Positions 1 through 9,435 of a DNA stretch of 28,143 bases are shown here, piece after piece. The stretch spans positions 1-28,143 of IMG/VR virus record IMGVR_UViG_3300025673_000012; one strand, 5' to 3'. Position 1 is the stretch's first letter, and every line of letters begins with the position of its first letter. Origin of the DNA: a virus. Taxonomy: Duplodnaviria > Caudoviricetes. The translations under genes and the position numbers were made by a program. Under the pieces are notes generated by a model. It ran no database searches. It had not been told where the DNA came from and saw nothing but the letters and a program-made list of their open reading frames with translations.

Positions 1-2
1 AC

Positions 3-137
3 AGGTCAATTGAGCGATGTTGGTGTGGTGGTGGGTTGATAACGTTTTACAGTAGAAATGAGCGCGTTTGTATTTCTGAAAAGTGCGGCAGAAAGTACGA
101 TTTGCATGATGGCGTAGAAATAAAACACCAAAGGTAA
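3..137 (+). CDS. Partial (5'-truncated) small Cys-rich protein, possible Zn ribbon
   Basis: Manual translation from nt 3: RSIERCWCGGGLITFYSRNERVCISEKCGRKYDLHDGVEIKHQR*. It has CxC...CxxxxC, and the stop at 135-137 lies 2 nt before the next ATG. Not in the ORF track. Confidence 0.55.
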   Translation, partial: RSIERCWCGGGLITFYSRNERVCISEKCGRKYDLHDGVEIKHQR

Positions 138-139
138 TT

Positions 140-1297
140 ATGAAGATTGAGCAATTAGCGACAGGCGATTTAATACCGTATGTAAACAACTCACGGACAC
201 ATGACGATAAACAGGTTGGACAGATAGCGGCAAGCATAAAAGAGTTTGGTTTTACTAACCCGATATTAATCGACAATGAGAACGGCATTATTGCTGGTCA
301 TGGCAGATTACAGGGAGCGCAGAAGTTAGGAATTGAGCAAGTGCCGTGTATTAGGTTGGGCGACTTAACTGAAGCGCAGAAAAAGGCTTATGTTATCGCT
401 GACAATAAACTGGCGTTAAATGCTGGCTGGGATATGGATTTGTTAGCGGTTGAGATTGAGGGATTGCAAGCCTTAGATTTTGATATTGATTTGCTTGGGT
501 TTGATGCTGATGAATTAGATGCGCTGTTTCCTTTGGAAGTTGAGGGATTGACTGATGAAGATGCTGTGCCAGAAGTGCCAGAAGAACCGACCACCAAGCT
601 GGGCGACATATACCAACTTGGCAATCATCGGTTGATGTGTGGAGATAGCACCAGCATTGATGCGGTTGAGTTGCTGATGGGTGGTGTTAAGGCTGACATG
701 GTATTCACCGACCCACCTTATGGCATCAATGAGAAAGGTGACAGAAGAAACAGGAATGGGAAAAATTCGTTAAGGAAAGGAGTTAAGTATGAGGACTTCA
801 AAGATGACAGCATACAATACGCTATTGATGCGTTTAATATTTGTGATGGGATGAGCATACCTAGACAAGTGTGGTGGGGTGCTAATTATTACTGTCACTC
901 TCTACCTCAATCGAACAACTGGTTTATTTGGGATAAGAGGGTGGAAGATAAGCAAAAAGATTTGAATTCCGACTGCGAAATGGCATGGGTTAAATCCGAG
1001 TATAATTCTGTGCGAATATTCCGACACTTATGGAAGGGATTAATGAAAGACTCAGAGCGTGGGCAAGCAAGAATTCATCCCACACAGAAACCTATTGCAC
1101 TAGCTGTGTGGGCGTTCGATTATTTCAAGGATGTGGGTTCTGTGCTTGACCTATTCGGTGGTTCTGGCTCAACCCTCATTGCTTGTGAAAAGACCAACCG
1201 CAACGCTTACCTGATGGAACTAGACCCGAAGTATTGCGATGTGATTGTTAAGCGGTGGGAAGATTTCACTGGTAAGAAAGCTGAATTGTTGTCGTAA
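140..1297 (+). CDS. ParB/Srx-like N-terminal domain fused to an N6-adenine/N4-cytosine DNA methyltransferase (beta-class motif order)
   Basis: The N-terminus (LIPYVNNSRTH...FGFTNPILID...IIAGHGR...IADNKL) is ParB-like. Catalytic DPPY precedes HPTQKP and the SAM-binding VLDLFGGSGST. Position just upstream of the terminase is typical. Confidence 0.92.
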   Translation: MKIEQLATGDLIPYVNNSRTHDDKQVGQIAASIKEFGFTNPILIDNENGIIAGHGRLQGAQKLGIEQVPCIRLGDLTEAQKKAYVIADNKLALNAGWDMDLLAVEIEGLQALDFDIDLLGFDADELDALFPLEVEGLTDEDAVPEVPEEPTTKLGDIYQLGNHRLMCGDSTSIDAVELLMGGVKADMVFTDPPYGINEKGDRRNRNGKNSLRKGVKYEDFKDDSIQYAIDAFNICDGMSIPRQVWWGANYYCHSLPQSNNWFIWDKRVEDKQKDLNSDCEMAWVKSEYNSVRIFRHLWKGLMKDSERGQARIHPTQKPIALAVWAFDYFKDVGSVLDLFGGSGSTLIACEKTNRNAYLMELDPKYCDVIVKRWEDFTGKKAELLS

Positions 1298-1315
1298 CTT
1301 TACACATTATAAAAG

Positions 1316-1663
1316 ATGGAAAAAAAGAAAAAAGGACAGGGTATAGCATACATACCAGACGAAGATTCAAGGCGTAGGATAGCCATGATGGTAGCTTGCG
1401 GCATACCAACAACAAGCATTGCGAGAATAGAGGGTATTTGCAGAAAAACACTTATCAAATATTACAGACATGAATTAGACAACGGTGTTGATATTGCAAA
1501 TATGAATGTCGGGCAGACACTTTATAAAATGGCAGTATCAGGCAAAGTACCAGCCGCAACATTCTTCTGGCTAAAGACCAGAGCGAAGTGGAAAGAAAAT
1601 CATGATGCTGATGTGATTGATTTACCTAAAATGGATATAAAGGTAGTTCGTGATTCTGAGTAA
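1316..1663 (+). CDS. terS: Terminase small subunit
   Basis: HTH-like segment (GIPTTSIARIEGICRKTLIKYY) and an ATFFWLKTRAKW motif; immediately upstream of and overlapping terL. Confidence 0.8.
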   Translation: MEKKKKGQGIAYIPDEDSRRRIAMMVACGIPTTSIARIEGICRKTLIKYYRHELDNGVDIANMNVGQTLYKMAVSGKVPAATFFWLKTRAKWKENHDADVIDLPKMDIKVVRDSE

Positions 1664-2861
1664 AGCGCAGTCAAAGATATTTGATAGTGATGACCGCTTT
1701 AGGGTGGTTGTGGCTGGTAGACGGTTCGGCAAAACAACGCTGTCGCTTGTGGAGTTATTGCGCGTGGCTTTAGACCGCAAGACTAAAGTTTACTATGTTG
1801 CGCCAACCTACAAATCAGCAAAGGAAATCGCATGGCAAATGCTGAACGATTCCATTCCAAGCGGTTACATTTCTAAGAAACACGAAACCGAATTGAAGAT
1901 GACTCTTAGGAACGGTTCAACCATTGCGCTAAAAGGGGCAGATAATTACGACAGTTTGCGTGGCGTTGGCTTAGATTTTATTGTGCTTGATGAGTTTGCT
2001 GATATGCACCCTGACGCATGGTTTCATGTCTTGCGTCCAACATTATCTGATACTGGCGGCAGAGCATTATTTATTGGCTCACCCAAGGGAAGAAACCACT
2101 TCTATGATTTATGGACAAGGGGCATTGACGGTGCTGATGGTTGGGATTCGTTCCAGTACACCACGCTTGATGGCGGTTATGTTCCGCCCGAAGAAATTGA
2201 ATCGGCTAAATCCGATTTAGACTCGCGAACATTCCAGCAAGAGTATGAGGCGCAGTTTGTGAATTATGAGGGCATCATCTATTACAACTTCAACCGCAAA
2301 GAATCCGTTAAGCAAACCCATAAAACCAAGCAATATCACATCGGCATTGATATGAACATTAACCCGATGAGCGCAGTGGTTCTGGGTATTGATGGCACAA
2401 CGATGAGCGTGTTGGATGAGGTGGTTATCTTTGGCAGTAATACGGCTGAGTTGATGGATGAATTACACCAGCGCGGATATACAACAGACAAGGCAACGCT
2501 TTACCCAGACCCAGCTTGTCGGCAACGGAAAACCAGTGCTGGCGGCAAGACTGATTTGAGTATTATGGAAAACGCTGGCTACAGGGTAAGGGTGCGGAAT
2601 AAGCACACGGCTGTTAGGGATAGAATCAACGCAGTTAACTCACGGTTATTAAACGGCAAGGGCGAGCGGCACTTGTTCGTTGACCCGAAATGCAACACGG
2701 TTATCAGGTGCTTAGAAAGGCACATTTATAAAGAGGGAACTTCACAACCAGAAAAGGATTCTGGGTTTGACCACATGAACGATGCTTTAGGCTATGCGGT
2801 GGATTTTTTACATCCAATAAAGAAATCCTATGATGAACAACCAATGACACGATGGACTTAA
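1650..2861 (+). CDS. terL: Terminase large subunit
   Basis: Walker A AGRRFGKT, Walker B FIVLDEFA, coupling motif IGSPKG, RNase H-like IGIDMN and C-terminal DHMNDALGY. GTG start. Confidence 0.97.
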   Translation: MILSKAQSKIFDSDDRFRVVVAGRRFGKTTLSLVELLRVALDRKTKVYYVAPTYKSAKEIAWQMLNDSIPSGYISKKHETELKMTLRNGSTIALKGADNYDSLRGVGLDFIVLDEFADMHPDAWFHVLRPTLSDTGGRALFIGSPKGRNHFYDLWTRGIDGADGWDSFQYTTLDGGYVPPEEIESAKSDLDSRTFQQEYEAQFVNYEGIIYYNFNRKESVKQTHKTKQYHIGIDMNINPMSAVVLGIDGTTMSVLDEVVIFGSNTAELMDELHQRGYTTDKATLYPDPACRQRKTSAGGKTDLSIMENAGYRVRVRNKHTAVRDRINAVNSRLLNGKGERHLFVDPKCNTVIRCLERHIYKEGTSQPEKDSGFDHMNDALGYAVDFLHPIKKSYDEQPMTRWT

Positions 2862-2864
2862 ATT

Positions 2865-4220
2865 ATGGCTATTACTGAAAAGAACGATATTTATAACGGC
2901 AACGCAAGTTTGTGGGAATTTCACTTGCGAAGTTTCTTAGGCGGCAAGGATTACCAAGACGGTGATTATTTAATTAAATACACACTTGAGGATAATGATG
3001 AATATAACAAGCGGATAGATTTAACGCCCATCGACAACCATTGCAGAAATGTCGTGCAGATATTCTCTAGTTTTGTCTGGCGCGTACCACCAAAACGCGA
3101 CTTGGGTAATTTAGGCGATGACCCAGCCGTTAACGCTTTCCTTGCTGATGCTGATTTAGACGGGCGCGAACTGAATGAGTTTATGCGTGATGCACAAATC
3201 TGGGCAAGCGTTTATGGGCATTGCTGGTTGTTGGTTGATAAGCCGCCATCCAATGCTAAAACTAGGGCAGAGGAATTAGACCAAGATATTCGACCTTACA
3301 TCCAGTTAATTACGCCAGAGAATGTGTTTGATTGGCGTTATGAACGGGCTGAGTCTGGACGATATGTTTTAACCTATCTGAAAGTCAGGGAATGGGTTGA
3401 GGGGGATGAGCAATTCTTTCGGGTATGGACTAACGATAAGATTGAGGGGTGGAGTGTTATTGGTGACGAGGAAAAGAAAGTCATCGACATTGATAACCCA
3501 CTGGGCATGATTCCAGCGGTGTGTTTATACGCACAACGCTCACCTATTCGCGGCACAGGTATTTCGGACATTGGCGACATTGCTTTAAAGCAGAAAAGCA
3601 TCTACAACAAGCTATCTGAAATTGAGCAGTTAATTCGTATTACTAACCACCCGTCACTGGTTAAAACACAGGGAACAGATGCAACGGCTGGGGCTGGCGC
3701 AATCATTCAGATGGATGACGACCTTGATGCTGGTTTGAAGCCGTATTTGTTACAACCCTCTGGAACTAACCTAGACGCAATTAGAGCGTGTATAACGGAC
3801 GAAGTTGAAGCTATTAACAGAATGGCGCACATGGGTGCAGTTAGAGCAACTGAAGCGCAGACAAAGAGCGGTGTGGCATTACAAACCGAGTTTCAGCTGT
3901 TAAATGCAAGGCTATCTGAGAAAGCGTCATTATTAGCGTTAGCTGAAGAACAAATCTGGGATATTTTCGCGAAATGGCAAGGTATTGAAAACCAAGTGCT
4001 GGCGGTTTATAACAATGACTTTGATTTACATGATTTAGGTGCTGAACTGGATTTCTTGCAACGCGCCAAAGCATCAGGGATTAAATCAACGGCATTTGTT
4101 CACGGTGTTGATGAGGGCATTGCGAAACTGGTTCTTAAAGATACGGAACTTGATGAAGCATTAAGCCAAATCAAAGCAAATACCATTGTAGTCGGTGAGT
4201 TTACTGATGGCATCGAATAG
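2865..4220 (+). CDS. Portal protein
   Basis: 451 aa, directly after terL; contains YGHCWLLVD, NPLGMIPAV and KSGVAL segments typical of portals. Confidence 0.9.
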   Translation: MAITEKNDIYNGNASLWEFHLRSFLGGKDYQDGDYLIKYTLEDNDEYNKRIDLTPIDNHCRNVVQIFSSFVWRVPPKRDLGNLGDDPAVNAFLADADLDGRELNEFMRDAQIWASVYGHCWLLVDKPPSNAKTRAEELDQDIRPYIQLITPENVFDWRYERAESGRYVLTYLKVREWVEGDEQFFRVWTNDKIEGWSVIGDEEKKVIDIDNPLGMIPAVCLYAQRSPIRGTGISDIGDIALKQKSIYNKLSEIEQLIRITNHPSLVKTQGTDATAGAGAIIQMDDDLDAGLKPYLLQPSGTNLDAIRACITDEVEAINRMAHMGAVRATEAQTKSGVALQTEFQLLNARLSEKASLLALAEEQIWDIFAKWQGIENQVLAVYNNDFDLHDLGAELDFLQRAKASGIKSTAFVHGVDEGIAKLVLKDTELDEALSQIKANTIVVGEFTDGIE

Positions 4221-5913
4221 ACACGCACGAACACTGGAAAAACTGGCTGACCAATACGAGCGGCTTTTAAACGAGTCGCTTGTTAAGTTTGAAAAGTCTA
4301 TTGTCACTAAGTTAGCCAGTGCGCCAACATCAGCAGACAAGTTATTTGATTTGCAGTTTGCTTTGGGTATGCGCCAATCATTGCGTGAAGCAGTTGAAAA
4401 GGAAGTGCTGACCGATGTGCATAAAGCGATTGCGAACTTTGACGGTGCTGAGAAATCGTTGATTGAAATGTATGGCGCATCTGGCATTGATGAAGCCTTG
4501 CTGACGGTTGACCGCTCCATTGTCAGGCAACTTAAAAAGCTGACATTCCAAGGCTTTGAGGATGTGGCTGAAACCTTTATTGATTCCATTAGTAGGGAAA
4601 TATACCAGAACACACTAACAGCGAAACCATTGGCTGATTCAATTAGGTCGGTTCAACAGCAAATCAACGGCGTGTATATTCAGACCAATGATGCTGAAGC
4701 GCAAGAGTTGGTTGAGTTCATTGCTGAGAATAAGTTTGACCCAGCAATGGAAAGTGCTATTGATTCAGCAGTTGAACAGCTGCATACCAAGTATGCGCGC
4801 GACAGGGTTGGCAACAATCTCAGGCGTTATGCAACGCAACAACTACACGATGGATTAATGCAGTATTCAGCGTCAATTAATATGAAGATGGCTAACCAAT
4901 TGGGTGCTGAACAATTTGAGTATTTTGGAACGGTTGTTGAGGATACGCGCCAATGGTGTAAAGACCATATCGGGCGTGTTATGACAGAACAAGAAATCAG
5001 GGATGAATGGGCAAATAATAGTTGGGCAGGGAAATCATCTAGCGACCCATTTATTGCGCGTGGCGGTTATAACTGTCGCCATCATTTCAGAGCGGTATTT
5101 GACGAAGATGCTGTTGATGAGGTGGTTGAAGATAAGCCTATTCAACAACCTGTCCAAGAGGTTACTTTTGGTTATCCTAAAGGCAAGTTCGATAATCATG
5201 TAAAAACCCTACGACCTGACGCAAAAATGGTGATTAATAAACTGGCAAAACCCGAATCTATTGTGCGTGGGAAAGGTGTTTATAGACCCTATTTAAAAGA
5301 ATTATCATCGTCAACTAAGGACAGAACCTTTAGGCATGAATACGGTCATTTTATCGACCACCAATTAGGCACATACAAACCACACGCGCCAACTGGAAAA
5401 TTATTTACATCGTCAGAGCGGTTATATGATGCCAGTAAAAAGGATGCAAAGAGATTAGGGTTTTCGTATGGGTTAGATGATGACGCGACACCTGACGAGC
5501 GGAGGACTGCCGCTAAAAGGGAGCATGACCATTTGGGGGATTTGCGTAATGATTGGGCAACTAAAGAGGATGTTTTTTATACGAGGGGTCGTAGAAAGGG
5601 CAGAAAGAAAGGCGCAACATATGTGCCAAAAGAGGAATATTTAAAAGGTATGTCAGACATTGTTGATAGCCTAACAAAAGGTTCTTTTCAGACTGATTTC
5701 TTCATGGTTGGGCATGGGAAATCATATTACGGCTACAATTTTATGACTAAAAAATATAGTAATTATTCAGAAAGTCAGTTGACTGAAAACTTTGCAAATA
5801 TGTTTGAGATATGGTCAAGCGGTAATGAAAAGGGGTGGAGTCACGCAAAACAAATGTTCCCTAATATGACTAAAGAATTTGAGGTAATAATGAGCGAGGT
5901 GCAAGATGGATGA
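4207..5913 (+). CDS. MuF-type minor head protein with C-terminal zincin (HExxH) metallopeptidase extension
   Basis: Follows portal. The helical N-terminus ends in TRQWC...GGYNCRH, the minor-capsid/MuF signature. A linker and ~270 aa follow, with HEYGH (nt 5335-5349), SDIV, GHGKSYY and ENFA. ATG 4207 (SD-like GGTGAG upstream) is preferred over 4195. Confidence 0.85.
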   Translation: MASNRHARTLEKLADQYERLLNESLVKFEKSIVTKLASAPTSADKLFDLQFALGMRQSLREAVEKEVLTDVHKAIANFDGAEKSLIEMYGASGIDEALLTVDRSIVRQLKKLTFQGFEDVAETFIDSISREIYQNTLTAKPLADSIRSVQQQINGVYIQTNDAEAQELVEFIAENKFDPAMESAIDSAVEQLHTKYARDRVGNNLRRYATQQLHDGLMQYSASINMKMANQLGAEQFEYFGTVVEDTRQWCKDHIGRVMTEQEIRDEWANNSWAGKSSSDPFIARGGYNCRHHFRAVFDEDAVDEVVEDKPIQQPVQEVTFGYPKGKFDNHVKTLRPDAKMVINKLAKPESIVRGKGVYRPYLKELSSSTKDRTFRHEYGHFIDHQLGTYKPHAPTGKLFTSSERLYDASKKDAKRLGFSYGLDDDATPDERRTAAKREHDHLGDLRNDWATKEDVFYTRGRRKGRKKGATYVPKEEYLKGMSDIVDSLTKGSFQTDFFMVGHGKSYYGYNFMTKKYSNYSESQLTENFANMFEIWSSGNEKGWSHAKQMFPNMTKEFEVIMSEVQDG

Positions 5914-6100
5914 TTTGATTAAAGAACATCTTGAAAAGTTTGGTGTTGAGCCGAATATTATTGGTATGTTCTGGGATGACCCTGAAGCTGTAATTGATGG
6001 CATAGCTGATGCTATAGACGAGGGCAAACCTTACGATGAATATGCCAAGTTATCTGAGGATGACCAGAAAGAATATGATAAAGGTAAATTATTTTTCTAA
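5906..6100 (+). CDS. Small acidic protein, candidate immunity/inhibitor of the MuF peptidase
   Basis: 64 aa, very D/E-rich, SD GAGG, overlaps the MuF stop by 8 nt. Function is inferred from position only. Confidence 0.6.
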   Translation: MDDLIKEHLEKFGVEPNIIGMFWDDPEAVIDGIADAIDEGKPYDEYAKLSEDDQKEYDKGKLFF

Positions 6101-6113
6101 TTAAGGAAACACA

Positions 6114-6749
6114 ATGGCAGAAGAAAAAGAGCAAGAGGTAATTGAAGAACCAATAGCACCAGAGTTCACACAAGAACAGGTGGATAAAATGGTTTCCGAT
6201 AGATTGGCGCGTGAGCGTAAGAAATACGACAAGAAATATGCTGGCGTTGATTTAGACGCATACAAAGGCTGGCAAGATGAGCAAGAAAAGGCAGAGGTTG
6301 ACCGCCAGAAAGAGCGTGGTGATTTTGAAGCTATATTGAAAAACACGGTGGGCAAGAAAGATGATGAAATTAGCCAGTTGAAAAACAGGTTAACAGAGAT
6401 AGAAGTTGATGGTTCATTGTTACGCACAGCGAGTAATTTAAACGCCGTATCACCTGACCAAGTAGCTTCATTGTTGCGGAGTCAAGTTAGGCTTGGGGAT
6501 GACGGTAATGTGGAAGTCATTGACAAACAAGGGGTTTTGCTGTATGGTGACACAGGAGAAATGAAAAAAGTTACTGACTTAGTTAGTGATTTTTTAACAA
6601 CGAACCCACATTTTGTTAAGGCATCTTTATCGGGTGCTGGCAGTGTAGGTAAAGTTGGCGGTGGAACGCAGACACCTAAACCTGTGGCTGAAATGAATCA
6701 TGACGAATATCGTGAGTTCAGAAAGTCTATAGGGAGAGGTGTTCGGTAA
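6114..6749 (+). CDS. Capsid scaffolding protein
   Basis: FTQEQVDKMVSDRLARE start, charged coiled coil and C-terminal NPHF...GAGS motif; precedes the capsid gene. Confidence 0.85.
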   Translation: MAEEKEQEVIEEPIAPEFTQEQVDKMVSDRLARERKKYDKKYAGVDLDAYKGWQDEQEKAEVDRQKERGDFEAILKNTVGKKDDEISQLKNRLTEIEVDGSLLRTASNLNAVSPDQVASLLRSQVRLGDDGNVEVIDKQGVLLYGDTGEMKKVTDLVSDFLTTNPHFVKASLSGAGSVGKVGGGTQTPKPVAEMNHDEYREFRKSIGRGVR

Positions 6750-6801
6750 ACCCAAATTGCCATCCCTAGTTAAATTATTTTATTTATTTAGGGAAAACTA
6801 A

Positions 6802-7638
6802 ATGGCATCTTCAACTACAACCACGCTCGATGATTTATTTTCAAATATCATCGCTGAAGCGACATTCACCGCACAAGAACAATCTCTTGTTCGGAATCTA
6901 GTTACAAATTACAGTCTTGCTGGTGATTCTGGCAAGACAATCCAAGTACCCATATATCCAGCAGTATCGGCGGCGGCGTTGACTGAGGGTTCAGATATGT
7001 CCTCAACTGCGGTATCAACAAGCAATGTATCTATTACTGTTGCAGAAGTTGGTGTGCAAGCAGTATTGACCGATTTAGCGGCTCAATCATCAGCGCGTGA
7101 TGTTGCTGGAGATTTAGGTCGTGTGCTGGGCGAGGGTATCGCTAAGAAGATGGACGAAGATTTAATTGCTTTGTTCGATGGTTTTAGCACTTCATTCGGC
7201 GCAACCACAACTGAGCTAACTGCGGCTGATATATTCAAAGCGGCGGCAACCTTACGCGCTAATAACGCAATCGGTTCACCAGTTGCTGTGATTCATCCAT
7301 ACCAAGCCTACAACCTCAAAGCTAACTTAACCAACACATTCGCTAACCCTAATGGCGGCGATGCTCAGAATGCGGCAATGCGTTCTGGATATGTTGGCAC
7401 ACTAGCTGGCGTTGATATTTATGAATCAGCAAATATAACCATTGATGGTTCTGGTGATTCTAAAGGCGCAATGTTTGTACCAGCCGCATTAGGGTTAGCA
7501 CTCAAATGGGATATTAAAATTGAGCCACAACGCGATGCAAGTATTCGTGGTTGGGAACTGAACGCAACTGCCGCTTATGGTGTTGGCGAACTTCAAGACT
7601 CAATGGGTTGTGAACTCTACTTTGACGCTGGTCTATAA
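6802..7638 (+). CDS. Major capsid protein (HK97-like fold)
   Basis: GKTIQVP, LTEG, IAKKMDEDLI, AVIHPYQAYNL and VGTLAGVDIYES motifs; position after the scaffold. Confidence 0.92.
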   Translation: MASSTTTTLDDLFSNIIAEATFTAQEQSLVRNLVTNYSLAGDSGKTIQVPIYPAVSAAALTEGSDMSSTAVSTSNVSITVAEVGVQAVLTDLAAQSSARDVAGDLGRVLGEGIAKKMDEDLIALFDGFSTSFGATTTELTAADIFKAAATLRANNAIGSPVAVIHPYQAYNLKANLTNTFANPNGGDAQNAAMRSGYVGTLAGVDIYESANITIDGSGDSKGAMFVPAALGLALKWDIKIEPQRDASIRGWELNATAAYGVGELQDSMGCELYFDAGL

Positions 7639-7643
7639 CCATT

Positions 7644-8057
7644 ATGGCAATGTCACAAGATAGTGACCTTACGGCACTTCAACCTGACATTTTATCGCTT
7701 GGCATCTCTGCGTTCACATCGGAACACGCAAAGGGTCAAGCTGATATTGAGCGCGAGTTGCGGAACACTTGGTGGGCGAAAACTGGTAGAACTGGCGAAT
7801 TAAATTCTAGCAAACTAACCGAGTCTCAGTTCACTAGGTGTTCAGCTTTTATTGTGTTGTGGAAATATGCTTTGCCTAAGTTATCCACTTGGGGCGATGG
7901 CGACAGATTTATGGAAATGATTAAATTCTATCGGTCACGGTTTGACGAGGAATTTGAGCAAATCCTAAAAGATGGCGTTGAGTATGATGCAGATGGTGAC
8001 GGCTCAGTGGCTAACGCTGAAAAGGTTGCAGTGCATCACGGCAGATTATCACGATGA
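7644..8057 (+). CDS. Head-tail adaptor/connector
   Basis: 137 aa helical protein directly after the capsid gene; synteny. Confidence 0.65.
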   Translation: MAMSQDSDLTALQPDILSLGISAFTSEHAKGQADIERELRNTWWAKTGRTGELNSSKLTESQFTRCSAFIVLWKYALPKLSTWGDGDRFMEMIKFYRSRFDEEFEQILKDGVEYDADGDGSVANAEKVAVHHGRLSR

Positions 8058-8479
8058 TTGCTTTGAAAATAGATAAAAGCCAGCTTGATAGGAAGTTGGC
8101 GGCTATCGTTAGAGAGCAACCAGCGAAAGTTGGTAAGGCGTTAGGCAGAACGGCAACACTAGGCATTAATATTTTGCTTGACCGTCTAAAGGTAGGGGAG
8201 GGTTTAAAGGGTGCTTTTAAGCCTTATTCTGAAAGTTATGCGTGGGATAGGCAAAACATAAAACCTATAGCACAAGTAGCTTTTGTGGATTTAAACCGTA
8301 CTGGAAAAATGTGGAGTAGTTTAACGATTACGAAACTAACGCGCAGTAAGGCAGTTATCTCAGCAACAGGCGCACTCGATAAAAAGAAAATCGCTAATAC
8401 CGACAAACAACGCAGATGGTTTGGTTTTAAGCCAGATGAGGAAAAGCGTTTGGTTCGATTCTTTGGGAAACAGTTATGA
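8054..8479 (+). CDS. Neck / tail-completion (virion morphogenesis) protein
   Basis: Basic protein with FKPYSESY...VDLNRTGKM...RRWFG motifs typical of virion morphogenesis proteins; ATGA coupling. Confidence 0.7.
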   Translation: MIALKIDKSQLDRKLAAIVREQPAKVGKALGRTATLGINILLDRLKVGEGLKGAFKPYSESYAWDRQNIKPIAQVAFVDLNRTGKMWSSLTITKLTRSKAVISATGALDKKKIANTDKQRRWFGFKPDEEKRLVRFFGKQL

Positions 8480-8910
8480 GTATTCGTGAATCTATTGCCG
8501 CGAATCTGGTAGCTACTTTGTCAGGGATGACCACCCCAATTACGCTGAAAAAGGTGGAGCGCAATCCTTTTGATTTCGAGAAATTGAGCAACGCACAGTT
8601 TCCAGCGTGTTGGATTCAGAGCGGCGAAGAAACGCGCGAAGATTCCACCATAAATGAATCATCTTCTAAACGTGCGGCAGTGGTTAATTATCGGGTGATT
8701 GGCTTTGTTAAAAGTGCAGCGATAGACACAGCACGAAATGAGTTAATTGAGGGTATTGAAGAAGTGCTTGATACCGATAGAACGCGCGGTGGTTATGCGT
8801 TAGATACACAAGTCACAGAAGTCGGAACAGACGAGGGTGCTATTGACCCTGTGGGCGGCATTATTATGAATGTCCGTATTGAATACAATTATGTTAGGGG
8901 AACAACCTAA
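8476..8910 (+). CDS. Tail terminator protein
   Basis: MSIRESI start, FPACWI motif, acidic, located before the tail tube; ATGA coupling. Confidence 0.7.
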   Translation: MSIRESIAANLVATLSGMTTPITLKKVERNPFDFEKLSNAQFPACWIQSGEETREDSTINESSSKRAAVVNYRVIGFVKSAAIDTARNELIEGIEEVLDTDRTRGGYALDTQVTEVGTDEGAIDPVGGIIMNVRIEYNYVRGTT

Positions 8911-9056
8911 TGAAAATGAGAATTGGCAAAGGCGGCACTGTCATCAATGTTGAAGATAGGGCGGTTGAGCGAATGAAGTCGATGGGTTGGCAAGAAATCA
9001 AACCATCAAAACCTAAATCTAAGGCTAAAAAGGTGAAACAAGATGGCAACTCATAA
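8910..9056 (+). CDS. Small basic hypothetical protein (48 aa), not in ORF track
   Basis: MKMRIGKGGTVINVEDRAVERMKSMGWQEIKPSKPKSKAKKVKQDGNS*. TAATG coupling to the upstream gene, and it fills the gap before the tail tube. Confidence 0.7.
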   Translation: MKMRIGKGGTVINVEDRAVERMKSMGWQEIKPSKPKSKAKKVKQDGNS

Positions 9057-9435
9057 AGGCTCTGAGGGCGTAGTTCAAGTTGGCGCAAATACTATTGCGG
9101 AACTTAAAAGCTATAGCATCGAAGAAACAGCAAACACTATTGATACCACAACGCTGGGTGATTCGTCAGAAACCCATGTTACTGGATTAATGAAATGGTC
9201 AGGTTCAGCAGATTGTTTTTGGGATGAAACGGACACAAATGGACAGGTGGCTTTAGCCAATGGCGCATCTGTGACGATAAACTTTTATCCAGAGGGAGCA
9301 ACTACTGGCGACAGATATGCGACAGGCACAGCAACAGTTGTGGGCGCAAGTGTTAACGCCGCAACTGATGGCATCGTGGAAACATCATTTAGCTTTACTG
9401 GTAATGGCGACCTCACTTGGGGTGATGCTAGTTAA
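9043..9435 (+). CDS. Major tail (tube) protein
   Basis: 130 aa beta-rich protein with IDTTTLGD, GLMKWSGS and SFSFTGNG motifs of siphovirus tube proteins. Confidence 0.88.
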   Translation: MATHKGSEGVVQVGANTIAELKSYSIEETANTIDTTTLGDSSETHVTGLMKWSGSADCFWDETDTNGQVALANGASVTINFYPEGATTGDRYATGTATVVGASVNAATDGIVETSFSFTGNGDLTWGDAS

